From: a virus
Taxonomy: Duplodnaviria > Caudoviricetes
Strand: one strand, 5' to 3'
Virus record (IMG/VR): IMGVR_UViG_3300010398_000039
Span: 1-26,157 of that record
DNA: 26,157 nt
Below, piece after piece: positions 15,749 through 23,967 of the stretch. The notes under the pieces are model-generated. The model was not told where the DNA came from and searched no databases. It worked only from the letters and a program-made list of their open reading frames with translations. How positions within the stretch are numbered: position 1 is the stretch's first letter; every line of letters starts with the position of its first letter. The translations under genes and the position numbers were made by a program.

Positions 15749-16503
15749 CGAAGGACATCGTTTCGCTACTGCCGCCAGAAGTGGTGGAGCAGGACCGCGC
15801 ACTTGAGGAACAGGCCAGCACTGCTGGCCTGGCCCTCGTTCAGTTGCGCTACCGGTGGACGCGCGACGAGAGCAATCCCGATCGTGTTTCGTTTTCGCAG
15901 TACGCTCGCCAGACCGGGCGTTCGCTTACAGCAATCTCGCGTGACGCCAACGCCTACCTGATCCTCAACAGCGCTGTTGAGGGCACGATGACGGTCTACG
16001 AGGCGCGTGTCCGGGCCAGCATGAGTGCCGAACGGGAGCTCGCTGCCGAGGCCGTCGCCAAGAACCGCAAGATCTCGGTGACAACGGCTGCCCGCGACTA
16101 CCCGCAGGAGGTCAAGCGGGTGCGCAAGTCAGCCGCCGACGCCGTCCGTGAGATGCATGACCGCGGCATGGAGACGACGATCGAGGCCGAAATCCCGCAG
16201 GTTGCCGAGATCATGTACCACGGGCAGCAGATTTATCAGGAGAGGAAGGAGAGGCGTCAGCAGAACCATACATTCGGCTATCTGAAAGTCGAGTCACACG
16301 TTTTCAAAGCCCGCAATGAGCTGCGCGCTGCGCTCGCTGATTCCGAGGGTGTGCCCTTCGAGGGCTACGAGCGTCAGCTAATCCACGAGACGATCGAAAC
16401 CGTGCAGCGTCTGCTCCACATTCTCGATCGCGCCATCACTGACGAAAACGATAAGAGTTGGCGCGAGGAGCTGCGGGTGATCGAAGGAGGTCTTGCTTCG
16501 TGA
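15745..16503 (+). CDS. Hypothetical protein, possibly DNA-binding
   Basis: GAGGAG RBS; HTH-like VSFSQYARQTGRSLTAISR. Confidence 0.7.
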   Translation: MTKDIVSLLPPEVVEQDRALEEQASTAGLALVQLRYRWTRDESNPDRVSFSQYARQTGRSLTAISRDANAYLILNSAVEGTMTVYEARVRASMSAERELAAEAVAKNRKISVTTAARDYPQEVKRVRKSAADAVREMHDRGMETTIEAEIPQVAEIMYHGQQIYQERKERRQQNHTFGYLKVESHVFKARNELRAALADSEGVPFEGYERQLIHETIETVQRLLHILDRAITDENDKSWREELRVIEGGLAS

Positions 16504-16982
16504 GCCCAATTAGGGCCGTGCCGCCGGGCGGCAATCAGCCGCCCCCGATGCCGCAGTGGCTTACAGATGCGATCAAGATGCTGTTCGCCTACATCATGCG
16601 CAACCCCTACTGGCGACGCACCGAGGTCATGGCAGCACTCGGCTGGTCCGATGCCAAGTTCTGGCAGGTGCAGCACGGCGCTCAGCTCGAGCTCGAGCGT
16701 CGGACCGGGGGTGCGGTCAACATCAATGGCGTGCCCGATCCGGAAGACCCCGGTGGTTGCTGGATCTATTGCCTTACCGCCGATCGCGAGATCATCGTGC
16801 CCCACGCCAATAACAGCGTGGATCACATCGTCACCCGGCTCGAAAGTCTGCACGCCAGGGCTACAACCTGGGTGCGGGCGACGAGCGGACGCACGATGGA
16901 GGGACGAGCAGCGCGTACCGTTGAGCGCGAGACGCGCCAGACCATGGAAAACCTCGAAGCTATGCGCCAGGCCGCACTCTGA
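16500..16982 (+). CDS. Hypothetical protein
   Basis: GGAGG RBS and GTGA overlap; frame of track ORF 16458..16982. Confidence 0.65.
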   Translation: MSPIRAVPPGGNQPPPMPQWLTDAIKMLFAYIMRNPYWRRTEVMAALGWSDAKFWQVQHGAQLELERRTGGAVNINGVPDPEDPGGCWIYCLTADREIIVPHANNSVDHIVTRLESLHARATTWVRATSGRTMEGRAARTVERETRQTMENLEAMRQAAL

Positions 16983-17173
16983 TGAATGAGCCCTGGTCGC
17001 ACGCGAGACTCGAGCCGGCGTTGGCGCGCCGGCTCGGCGCCTTCGCCAAGCTCCGCGGCATGTCTCAGGTCGACTTGCTCAATGAGATTGTAGCCACGTA
17101 TCTCGACGAACACTTCCGGATTCGGGATCCCAACGACCCGGTCGATAATCTGTTGCGCGCTGCACTGAACTGA
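16982..17173 (+). CDS. Ribbon-helix-helix-like small DNA-binding protein
   Basis: HARLEPALARRLGAFAKLRGMSQVDLLNEIVATYL pattern. Confidence 0.55.
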   Translation: MNEPWSHARLEPALARRLGAFAKLRGMSQVDLLNEIVATYLDEHFRIRDPNDPVDNLLRAALN

Positions 17174-17185
17174 GGATCGTAGCCT

Positions 17186-17470
17186 ATGACTAGGAAACAT
17201 CGCGAGATCGGCTTCGCGCTCGCGCTCGACGCCCAGGATCCGGTGCTCGCCGAGAAGGAGCTCGTCGAGCAGATCGTCCACCACCTTCTCGAGCACATGC
17301 TCGACGACGTTGACGAGGACCATCTGATTGGTCCCGAACGGCTCGCCGAAATGGTCGGCAACCAGATCATCGAGGCGATCGAGATCGGCTTTCGTGTCGG
17401 CCGGTCCTGGCAGACCAAGTACGAATCGGCGCAGCGTACGCACGACATGCTGCACGGCGCGAGCAACTGA
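17186..17470 (+). CDS. Hypothetical protein
   Basis: GAGGA RBS, operon context. Confidence 0.65.
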   Translation: MTRKHREIGFALALDAQDPVLAEKELVEQIVHHLLEHMLDDVDEDHLIGPERLAEMVGNQIIEAIEIGFRVGRSWQTKYESAQRTHDMLHGASN

Positions 17471-17649
17471 TGGCCATTCCCGACCACGAGGAGGAACACC
17501 TGAACTGCGCGCTCTGCGGCGAGCGCGTCGTCGTCTGGTGGCGGCTCAACCCGCGCCGGCTTCAGCCCGTCTGCCGCGACTGCGCTATTCACCGTGGTGA
17601 ACAGCGAAAGACTACCGATGCCCAGGCCCAGCCACCAGCAACTGCTTGA
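17470..17649 (+). CDS. Small zinc-finger protein (59 aa)
   Basis: Manual translation; CALC...CRDC; TGATG overlap. Confidence 0.55.
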   Translation: MAIPDHEEEHLNCALCGERVVVWWRLNPRRLQPVCRDCAIHRGEQRKTTDAQAQPPATA

Positions 17650-17935
17650 GCACGCGCGCGAGCTCGTGGAGCAAGAGGGCCAGTGGCTGATCGTGACCCG
17701 CCGGCGCGACGGGGTAGTCGGTTACGCGCTACCCAGTCGCTCCGCGCCCGGCACCTACCACCTCGTCACCCTCGATCCGCCCCACTGTGACTGCGCCTTC
17801 GCCAGGATCCATGGCCTAACCCACCGTCGCCTGGGCCACGGCGGTCTGCACGAACCCTGCCCTCACCTCCTCGCACTCCAATACATCGCCGAAAGAGACG
17901 ACAACTCCAATGAGTCCACTGCGACGCCCGTCTGA
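17618..17935 (+). CDS. SWIM-type zinc-finger protein
   Basis: YHLVTL...CDC...PCPH (CxC-xn-CxH). Confidence 0.7.
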   Translation: MPRPSHQQLLEHARELVEQEGQWLIVTRRRDGVVGYALPSRSAPGTYHLVTLDPPHCDCAFARIHGLTHRRLGHGGLHEPCPHLLALQYIAERDDNSNESTATPV

Positions 17936-18698
17936 AGCTCTCACCCCACTGTTTGACGCTAACCGTGACTACATTTGCCAGCTCTTCGCTGTCGACGAGA
18001 TCGAGCCCGACCCCAACGCCGCGCCGCGCTACACGGCCGACGGCAAGGAGGTGAAGCCGGCCAACATCCGCTGGTCGTTTGCTATGTGGGATTTCGACTC
18101 GGTCCTCGAGGACAAGCAACCTGAGCAGATCCTCCGCAACGACGGCCTCGACGCCGTTATGCGCTCGATGACCAGCGAGTCGACCTTCTACGACCCGACC
18201 GGCCGGCTGCGGAACGGCCGCGCCCGCGAGATCATGCATGGCCTCGCCGGCCGCATCCTGACCGACGACGAAGTCGAGAAGTACCTCGACACCGAGTCCG
18301 GCCTGCCCGAGGACATGCTCGGCGACTATGCGATCGCCGAGATGACGAGTTACCGCGACCGCAACAATCAGGAGCGCGTCGGCCTGGGCCGGCTGCGCGC
18401 CCTCAAGCCGCGCGAGCTGAAGCTCGTGGAACAGGTGCTCGGCTCGGGCGTCATGGACGAGCCGCCCTCGGCCGAGCCGGCACGTCGGCCTGAGCCTGTC
18501 GACACGGGCCCTCTGCCGCCCCGCCAGCGCCAGCAGCCTCGATTGCCTGTCGATACTGCTCCAGCGTCAGAATCGCGTCCTGCGCAGCCACAGGGGCATC
18601 CGGTCGACCCGGGCGCTGACGATCCCGGGCCGGACATCGAGCGCCAGGCCGCTACGGCTGCGCAGGACGATGATGACGACTCCGATGTGCCATTTTGA
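17910..18698 (+). CDS. Putative single-stranded DNA-binding protein
   Basis: Pro-rich linker and acidic tail DDDDDSDVPF characteristic of SSBs. Confidence 0.55.
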   Translation: MSPLRRPSEALTPLFDANRDYICQLFAVDEIEPDPNAAPRYTADGKEVKPANIRWSFAMWDFDSVLEDKQPEQILRNDGLDAVMRSMTSESTFYDPTGRLRNGRAREIMHGLAGRILTDDEVEKYLDTESGLPEDMLGDYAIAEMTSYRDRNNQERVGLGRLRALKPRELKLVEQVLGSGVMDEPPSAEPARRPEPVDTGPLPPRQRQQPRLPVDTAPASESRPAQPQGHPVDPGADDPGPDIERQAATAAQDDDDDSDVPF

Positions 18699-19150
18699 TG
18701 ACCACTTCGTCTCAGACGGCCAGCGGCAACCAGCATCTCAGCGCGCTGCCTGGCGAGCCGCGCACGGTCGCCAGCCGCGTACTGACCGAGCCGTCGTCTC
18801 AGGAAGCAGCCCAGTACGAGCTGGCCCTGGTCAAAGCCGAAATCCTCGACATCCAGAGCCAGCTCGCGCGCCGCAAATCGCTCAGTAACGAATGGGATCC
18901 CGGCTATCGACACTGGAAAGGCGCGGCGATTGCCGCGCTCCGCGCCAAGGAAGCGCGGCACACGTTTCTGAAGAACTGGGTCAGGCAGCGCCTGGTCGTC
19001 GCCGATCGACGCGAACGCAACGACTTCGTCAAAGGCATGTTCTGCGAGATCATCGCCGTGCTCGAGCAAAGTGACGACGCCGAACTGGCGCTCGCGCGGT
19101 TGATCGCCTGGCGCGACGAGTGGCTGAACGGGAGCGGGGAAGATCAATGA
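18695..19150 (+). CDS. Hypothetical helical protein
   Basis: ORF track; overlaps both neighbours; start may be ATG 18698. Confidence 0.65.
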   Translation: MMTTSSQTASGNQHLSALPGEPRTVASRVLTEPSSQEAAQYELALVKAEILDIQSQLARRKSLSNEWDPGYRHWKGAAIAALRAKEARHTFLKNWVRQRLVVADRRERNDFVKGMFCEIIAVLEQSDDAELALARLIAWRDEWLNGSGEDQ

Positions 19151-19374
19151 CGATGTTCCTTTCCGAACTGAAGGTGGGCACCTTCCACCTCTTCCGCTAC
19201 ACGAACCAGGGTGCCCATGCCTGCCCGGGCCACGTCCGTGCCATGACGCGCATGTACTGCTACCACTGCAACGTGCCCGGCGAGTGCGCCCACCTCTACT
19301 CGGAGAAATGCGACTGCTACGACCGCATCGCCTGCGCCGACTGCCTGTTCGTCGCCGAAGGCGGCATGCTCTAG
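19147..19374 (+). CDS. Cys/His-rich small protein
   Basis: ATGA overlap; multiple Cys pairs. Confidence 0.6.
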   Translation: MTMFLSELKVGTFHLFRYTNQGAHACPGHVRAMTRMYCYHCNVPGECAHLYSEKCDCYDRIACADCLFVAEGGML

Positions 19375-19422
19375 CTCTCGATCAGGACGCTCATAGCCCA
19401 ATCCCCGGAGTAGCATCGACGT

Positions 19423-19731
19423 ATGAGTGAGTCTTCCTCCCCATCCGATCGGTCGACGTGGCCCGAGGACTGGCTTTCGCACGGCCCAGCGCATGCTGGC
19501 TGCACATGCGCTGGTTGCGCTGGGCTCAGGCGGGAGTTGGCGGGCGACGATGAATTGCTCGAGTTGTATAGCCGCAAGCTGCTACAGCAGGGCTGGGCAG
19601 GAGGCCAGCCAACCGAGGCCGAGCGTAAGTACCGGGGCGCCCACTACAAGGGGGCGGGGAATCCAACACCAGCGCAGTTAGCGGCCCGGGCAGCTTTCAG
19701 CGAACGCCGTCGCAAACAGGATTCGACCTGA
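19423..19731 (+). CDS. Hypothetical protein
   Basis: GGAG RBS; TGATG overlap with the next gene. Confidence 0.5.
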   Translation: MSESSSPSDRSTWPEDWLSHGPAHAGCTCAGCAGLRRELAGDDELLELYSRKLLQQGWAGGQPTEAERKYRGAHYKGAGNPTPAQLAARAAFSERRRKQDST

Positions 19732-20108
19732 TGCCCGGTCCGCTCGGGAACATGTGGCGCCGGCGCCGCGTCCTCGAGCGGACCATGCAGGCTCAGGTCG
19801 AAAAACTGGCCGGCGCCCTCGGCTGGCTGCCCTTCCACATCCCGTCCAACGTGCTCGTCTGCCCGACGTGCGGCAACAAGATCTACCGCGGCGTGCGCCG
19901 GGGGTTCCCCGACCTGATGCTGGTGCGGACCGAACGACTGCCGCCCGGCCGACTACGCTGGCTCGAGCTGAAGACGCCGACCGGCTCGCTGGACGACGAT
20001 CAGCGGCTCGTCCACGCGCTCCTTCGTCGGTCGGGGGAGTCCGTGGACGTGATCCGACCCAAAGACCTCGAACGACTGCTGGGGATCCTGCGTGACGGAC
20101 AAAGCTGA
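19731..20108 (+). CDS. VRR-NUC domain nuclease (resolvase-like)
   Basis: GFPDL ... WLELKTPTGSLDDDQ PD-(D/E)xK motif with a CxxC insert. Confidence 0.88.
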   Translation: MPGPLGNMWRRRRVLERTMQAQVEKLAGALGWLPFHIPSNVLVCPTCGNKIYRGVRRGFPDLMLVRTERLPPGRLRWLELKTPTGSLDDDQRLVHALLRRSGESVDVIRPKDLERLLGILRDGQS

Positions 20109-20313
20109 CCACGCGCGCGCCGAGCTGATGACGCAGTGGACCGTCGCCATGCGCCAGCAGAACCTGATGCCGGTGCTGCTGCTCAGCATCGACCTCGACG
20201 ATCCGACGAACACGGCGCTGATGGTCGCCGAGGGCCTCGACGACATGCTGCTTGCCTACACCCTGCACGAGCTGAGCGAGCGCATACAGCGCGAGGCACA
20301 GGGCCTCAGCTAG
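20092..20313 (+). CDS. Hypothetical protein
   Basis: ORF track; last plus-strand gene before convergence. Confidence 0.6.
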   Translation: MTDKADHARAELMTQWTVAMRQQNLMPVLLLSIDLDDPTNTALMVAEGLDDMLLAYTLHELSERIQREAQGLS

Positions 20314-20567
20314 TTCACGGGTGCCGCAGGCATTCCGGGTAGGAGGGGACCACTCTGACCCCGAGCCGCCCGGTTGCGTTTCGGTCGCGATGTTCCTGTT
20401 GCTCTGCGTCGTGATCGGGACGCTGGCGTGCTGGCTGTTCCTGAAGGCGCAGGGCTGGATCTAGCGGCGCGCATCTCCACGGTCGGGTTGTGCTCGTAGC
20501 AGCGCGGGCCGGTGCCCATGATCTGGTTGACGCAGACCGAACAGGCGATCGTCTTTGAGCTCGGCAC
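20310..20567 (-). CDS. Hypothetical basic protein with CxxC...CxxH
   Basis: ORF track; weak start context. Confidence 0.35.
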   Translation of the reverse strand: MPSSKTIACSVCVNQIMGTGPRCYEHNPTVEMRAARSSPAPSGTASTPASRSRRRATGTSRPKRNRAARGQSGPLLPGMPAAPVN

Positions 20568-20687
20568 GGGCTGAGGCTACACTGGGACCGGGCGCGATCG
20601 CTGCAAAGCCGGGCTGCGGGGCCCGCCTCCAGGTCGCGTGCCACCCGCGCCGGGCTTTCCAACTCCCCTTACCGGCGCGGCACGCCC

Positions 20688-20864
20688 TCAGTCCTCGCGG
20701 ACGTGACGGATCGCCATCTCGCGCCAGACGTCGCGGTCGCTGCTCAGTTCGCGGATCTGCTCGTTCTTGCTCTGCAGCAGGACTCGGAACAGCCAGCCGA
20801 CGGCGCCGATCAGGCCCCCGATGAACGAGCCGATGGCGACCAGTGTTTGCGGGTCGATCGTCAC
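20688..20864 (-). CDS. Small membrane protein, holin-like
   Basis: GTG start overlapping the upstream stop; one TM helix (LVAIGSFIGGLIGAVGWLF) plus charged coiled tail. Confidence 0.55.
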   Translation of the reverse strand: MTIDPQTLVAIGSFIGGLIGAVGWLFRVLLQSKNEQIRELSSDRDVWREMAIRHVRED

Positions 20865-21139
20865 GAGCGCTTCAGGGCGAACTCGGACGCCGCCGCTTTC
20901 GGCATCGGAGACGCCGGGATCGTCGGCCTGGACGTCGGAGTCAGCGTCGGCGTGGGCTGGATGGTCGCGGTCGGCGAGTACGTTGGCGTCGGCCTGGGCG
21001 GCGGCGTCGGGGTGAAGATCACCTCGGCCTCGGCCGGCCCACCCGCCACAACTACCACCAGCCGGCCGGTGAGCACGCCGCCGATGACGGCGCCGGTCGC
21101 CACCCAGGTCGCGAGCTCGATCAGCCAGCGCGCGCGCAC
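20861..21139 (-). CDS. Membrane-anchored Pro/Thr-rich protein
   Basis: Hydrophobic N-terminus followed by TPTPPPRPTPTYSPTATIQPTPTLTPT. Confidence 0.55.
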   Translation of the reverse strand: MRARWLIELATWVATGAVIGGVLTGRLVVVVAGGPAEAEVIFTPTPPPRPTPTYSPTATIQPTPTLTPTSRPTIPASPMPKAAASEFALKRS

Positions 21140-21304
21140 TCATGTCCCGGTGGTGACGATGTGACCGGCGAGCTGACCGAACCAGGCCGTGATCTCCTGG
21201 CCGAAGGCGCCAATGGCGAGCAGCGTGACGACGGCGATGGTGGCGATCAGTAAGCCGTATTCCACTACGTCCTGCCCCGACTCGCCAGATACCAGATCAG
21301 GCAC
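21140..21304 (-). CDS. flp: Flp/Fap family type IVb pilin (start uncertain)
   Basis: ESG|QDVVEYGLLIATIAVVTLLAIGAFG: prepilin Gly cleavage site, Glu+5/Tyr+6 Flp motif, hydrophobic helix, short length. Confidence 0.8.
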   Translation of the reverse strand: MPDLVSGESGQDVVEYGLLIATIAVVTLLAIGAFGQEITAWFGQLAGHIVTTGT

Positions 21305-21360
21305 ACAAAGACCCCAGTCATGGCCAAGACTGAGATCCCCCAAAGAACCCAATCCGACAT
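21265..21360 (-). CDS. 31-aa hydrophobic peptide overlapping the flp 5' end
   Basis: ATG at 21360 after AGGT (MSDWVLWGISVLAMTGVFVCLIWYLASRGRT). Confidence 0.4.
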   Translation of the reverse strand: MSDWVLWGISVLAMTGVFVCLIWYLASRGRT

Positions 21361-21368
21361 GCGACTAC

Positions 21369-21521
21369 CTAGGTCAGACGGGCTACCGCCAGGCCTCCGA
21401 TGAGCAAGCCGATCTTCAGGTCGATGTTGCCGATGACCAGCAGCACCACGTCGATAACCAGTACCAGGAGTGCGATTAGCCAGCCGACAGAGATCGCCGG
21501 CAGCGTCCAGCTCGTCTGCAT
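21369..21521 (-). CDS. Small two-TM membrane protein, holin candidate (50 aa)
   Basis: Manual translation MQTSWTLPAISVGWLIALLVLVIDVVLLVIGNIDLKIGLLIGGLAVARLT; GGAGG RBS; directly after the peptidase. Confidence 0.65.
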   Translation of the reverse strand: MQTSWTLPAISVGWLIALLVLVIDVVLLVIGNIDLKIGLLIGGLAVARLT

Positions 21522-22184
21522 TCAGGCCTCCGTAACTATCACGCACGAGAACGGGCCCAGCCGGTTGAAGTCCGTCCGGTTGAGGTTGTTCCACACCGAC
21601 ATGTAGCCGGGGGCGCTGTTTGCGATCCAGATCGTGTCGCCGTCGACCCCCCTGATCCCGCACCAGTGATACCAGGCGCCGCCGGACATGCAGCCGGCGC
21701 GGCCCTGCGCCGCGATCGCGTACACCTGATCGAAGGTCAGCCAGGCCTGCGCGGTCTGGATGCCGACGTCGCCGAGCACGCGCTGCAGCTGGCTGCCGGA
21801 CCCGTCCATCAGCCCGTAGCTGCTGTTGATGTTGTTCGGGTAGCCGATCGCATAGACGGTCTGCTCGCGGCTGTTGTAGATGTCGGCCGGGTTGAAGCCC
21901 TTGCCATACGCGCGCATCAGCCAGTCGCACGCGCAGGCTGAGCACGTCCACGAATAGAGCTGGCCGGGCATCGACTCGTTCGGGTCCGGGTAATTGATCT
22001 CGGGCGGCGTTTCCGACTCGAGGATCGGCTCCCGACAGTCGATGGTCAGGTTCGGATCGAGCGCGCCGACGAAGGCCTGGCCGGACGGCGGACCGCCGCA
22101 CCACTGCCCCTCGAGCAGGGCGCGCACCGCCGCGGTCAGGTACGCCTGTTGGTCCTGCAATTGCTGGATCTCAGGTCGGGTCAC
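21522..22184 (-). CDS. Papain-fold (C39-like) cysteine peptidase, probable endolysin
   Basis: Q...WTCSAC, YHWCGIRG and IWIANS give a Cys-His-Asn triad pattern; lies between tail genes and small membrane proteins. Confidence 0.7.
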   Translation of the reverse strand: MTRPEIQQLQDQQAYLTAAVRALLEGQWCGGPPSGQAFVGALDPNLTIDCREPILESETPPEINYPDPNESMPGQLYSWTCSACACDWLMRAYGKGFNPADIYNSREQTVYAIGYPNNINSSYGLMDGSGSQLQRVLGDVGIQTAQAWLTFDQVYAIAAQGRAGCMSGGAWYHWCGIRGVDGDTIWIANSAPGYMSVWNNLNRTDFNRLGPFSCVIVTEA

Positions 22185-22366
22185 GAGTAGCTGGGCGGGT
22201 CCGGTGACAGCTCGCCGGTCAGGCCCGGGTCGATCGCCAGCAGCCAGCCTTCGACCGTGTCGGCGCCGCCGACCCAGCGTCCCTCGAGCGCCGCCTTCAG
22301 GGCCTGGGTCAGCATCATCTGCTGCTGCTGGAGCTGGGTGATCTGCGCTTGCTCTTGCTCATCCAT
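22181..22366 (-). CDS. Small protein paralogous to the peptidase N-terminus
   Basis: GAGGTG RBS; aligns by eye with residues ~6-47 of the next gene. Confidence 0.75.
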   Translation of the reverse strand: MDEQEQAQITQLQQQQMMLTQALKAALEGRWVGGADTVEGWLLAIDPGLTGELSPDPPSYS

Positions 22367-22607
22367 GGCTCACCTCGGGAGGCATGCGCGCCGATGGCGT
22401 CATGTACTGGTTGCTTTTTGCGTCAAGACGGTCAGACCTCGGCGCGCCCGCCTGCTTCAATAGCCGTCCCTCCCTTCTGGCCGTTGGGGGCGGGTGGCGT
22501 CCTTCCCGTGGGCCCGCACCCTTCGAGGTTGGGCGCCACCCTTCAGGCACCCGTCGGTGCCACTGACGGTCTGGATAGGGGAGTTTGGAGGCACCCCAGA
22601 CCGCCAT
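22359..22607 (-). CDS. Hypothetical basic protein
   Basis: ATG at 22607 just after the upstream stop; fills the operon gap. Confidence 0.45.
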   Translation of the reverse strand: MAVWGASKLPYPDRQWHRRVPEGWRPTSKGAGPREGRHPPPTARREGRLLKQAGAPRSDRLDAKSNQYMTPSARMPPEVSHG

Positions 22608-22608
22608 G

Positions 22609-22914
22609 TCAGGTTGCGACACCGTCCGGCACCTCCTGGTGGAGGCCACCCATGAACGGCTCACGCGGCTGTTCGACGGTCTCCCAGCTGACAGCCCCGG
22701 TTTCCCAGTTGATGTTGACCTTGGCCTCGACACCCTCCGGCGGCAGATCGATGCCGGCGCCCTCGCAGGCCGCGCGGAGCGCCTCGACGTACTGCTCGTT
22801 GTAGGCACGCGCCGTCGAATCGGCGGCGTCACGCGCGGCGACCGCGCCCTCGACGCGGCCACGGTAACGCTGGAGGCGCTCGAGCGCGCGCTGGGACAGG
22901 ACATTTTTGCTCAC
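22609..22914 (-). CDS. Hypothetical protein (possible tail fibre chaperone)
   Basis: GTG after GGAGCTACC on the minus strand; follows the fibre gene. Confidence 0.7.
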   Translation of the reverse strand: MSKNVLSQRALERLQRYRGRVEGAVAARDAADSTARAYNEQYVEALRAACEGAGIDLPPEGVEAKVNINWETGAVSWETVEQPREPFMGGLHQEVPDGVAT

Positions 22915-22927
22915 GCGGTAGCTCCCT

Positions 22928-23959
22928 TCAATTCCCCATGGCGAACCAATAGACCTGGCAGTTACCGGTGCCGCCGCTGGTATTGTAGACGCGGGCATTG
23001 AAGCCAGTCGTGCTGATGTTCTGAGCAGCCGGGTGCCACTGCTGGACGTCGCCACCGGTCGGCTGCCCGATCGACACGATCACGATCGGGTTGCTGTTGA
23101 AGGGGCGCGCGAAGTTGGTCTGCTGGTTGGCGCCGCTGTTGTTGCCGACGTTGCTGATGGTGACCAGGCCGTGCTCGATGTGCTCGTAGGTGCCGCCGAC
23201 CGTGAACGGCACCACATTACTGGTGTTGTTCTGGACGGTCACGTTGCCGCCGGCGTTGACCGCGCCGGTGAGCGTGCTCGTGCCGTCGTGCGTGGTGTTG
23301 CCGGTGACGTGCAGCGTGGCAATCGTCGCCGTGCCGTTGATATTCTGTGCGTTCGTCGTGACCAGGCCGGTGACGTTGAGCGTGCCACTGGCGCTGATCG
23401 CGACCACCGACAGCGTGCCCGGGATGGTGACGTTGCCCGTGTCGTCGACCGAGAACGTGACCGCGGTGTACGCGTTGTTGACGAACTCGATGCCGGTGGT
23501 GCCGGATCGGGCCCGGATCCAACCGGCGGTGCTGCCGTCACTCCCGTGGCAGAACTGCATGCCATTCGCGGTTACCTGGGTGACCGTCTTGCCGGCAACC
23601 TGCTGGATGACGCTGCTGCCCGCCACCACGATCGGCCGATACGCGGTGCCAGCGCGGTCGTACCCGACCAGGCAGGCATTGCTGCCGTCGTAGTACATCT
23701 CGAGTCCGGCACCGGAAGTGGCGTACGCGCTGCGGTGGCCGGTGCTCCGAAACCAGTCGGGGATGTCGAGCGCGCCGCTGAAGGCGTTGCCGGTGATCGG
23801 CCCGCCCTGGTGGGCACCGGAGTGGGTGTGGCCCGTGGTCTGGTTGAACAGACCGTCGAGCGTGGTCAGGCTGCCCGCCAGGTAGATCGTTTCGTAATCC
23901 GCGGCGTCGTCGTTGTCGAGCGCGATCTTGAGGCCCAATTCGGCAGTGTTGTTCGGCAT
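22928..23959 (-). CDS. Tail fibre / receptor-binding protein
   Basis: GHTHSG motif, G/T/V-rich beta-repeats, C-terminal H-type-lectin/gp53-like FARPFNSNPIVIVS...ISTTGF. Confidence 0.75.
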   Translation of the reverse strand: MPNNTAELGLKIALDNDDAADYETIYLAGSLTTLDGLFNQTTGHTHSGAHQGGPITGNAFSGALDIPDWFRSTGHRSAYATSGAGLEMYYDGSNACLVGYDRAGTAYRPIVVAGSSVIQQVAGKTVTQVTANGMQFCHGSDGSTAGWIRARSGTTGIEFVNNAYTAVTFSVDDTGNVTIPGTLSVVAISASGTLNVTGLVTTNAQNINGTATIATLHVTGNTTHDGTSTLTGAVNAGGNVTVQNNTSNVVPFTVGGTYEHIEHGLVTISNVGNNSGANQQTNFARPFNSNPIVIVSIGQPTGGDVQQWHPAAQNISTTGFNARVYNTSGGTGNCQVYWFAMGN

Positions 23960-23967
23960 CCCCTACC

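Noticed and set aside
22928-23959. Diversity-generating retroelement target in the tail fibre
   Set aside because: No reverse transcriptase and no template/variable repeat pair seen in the window
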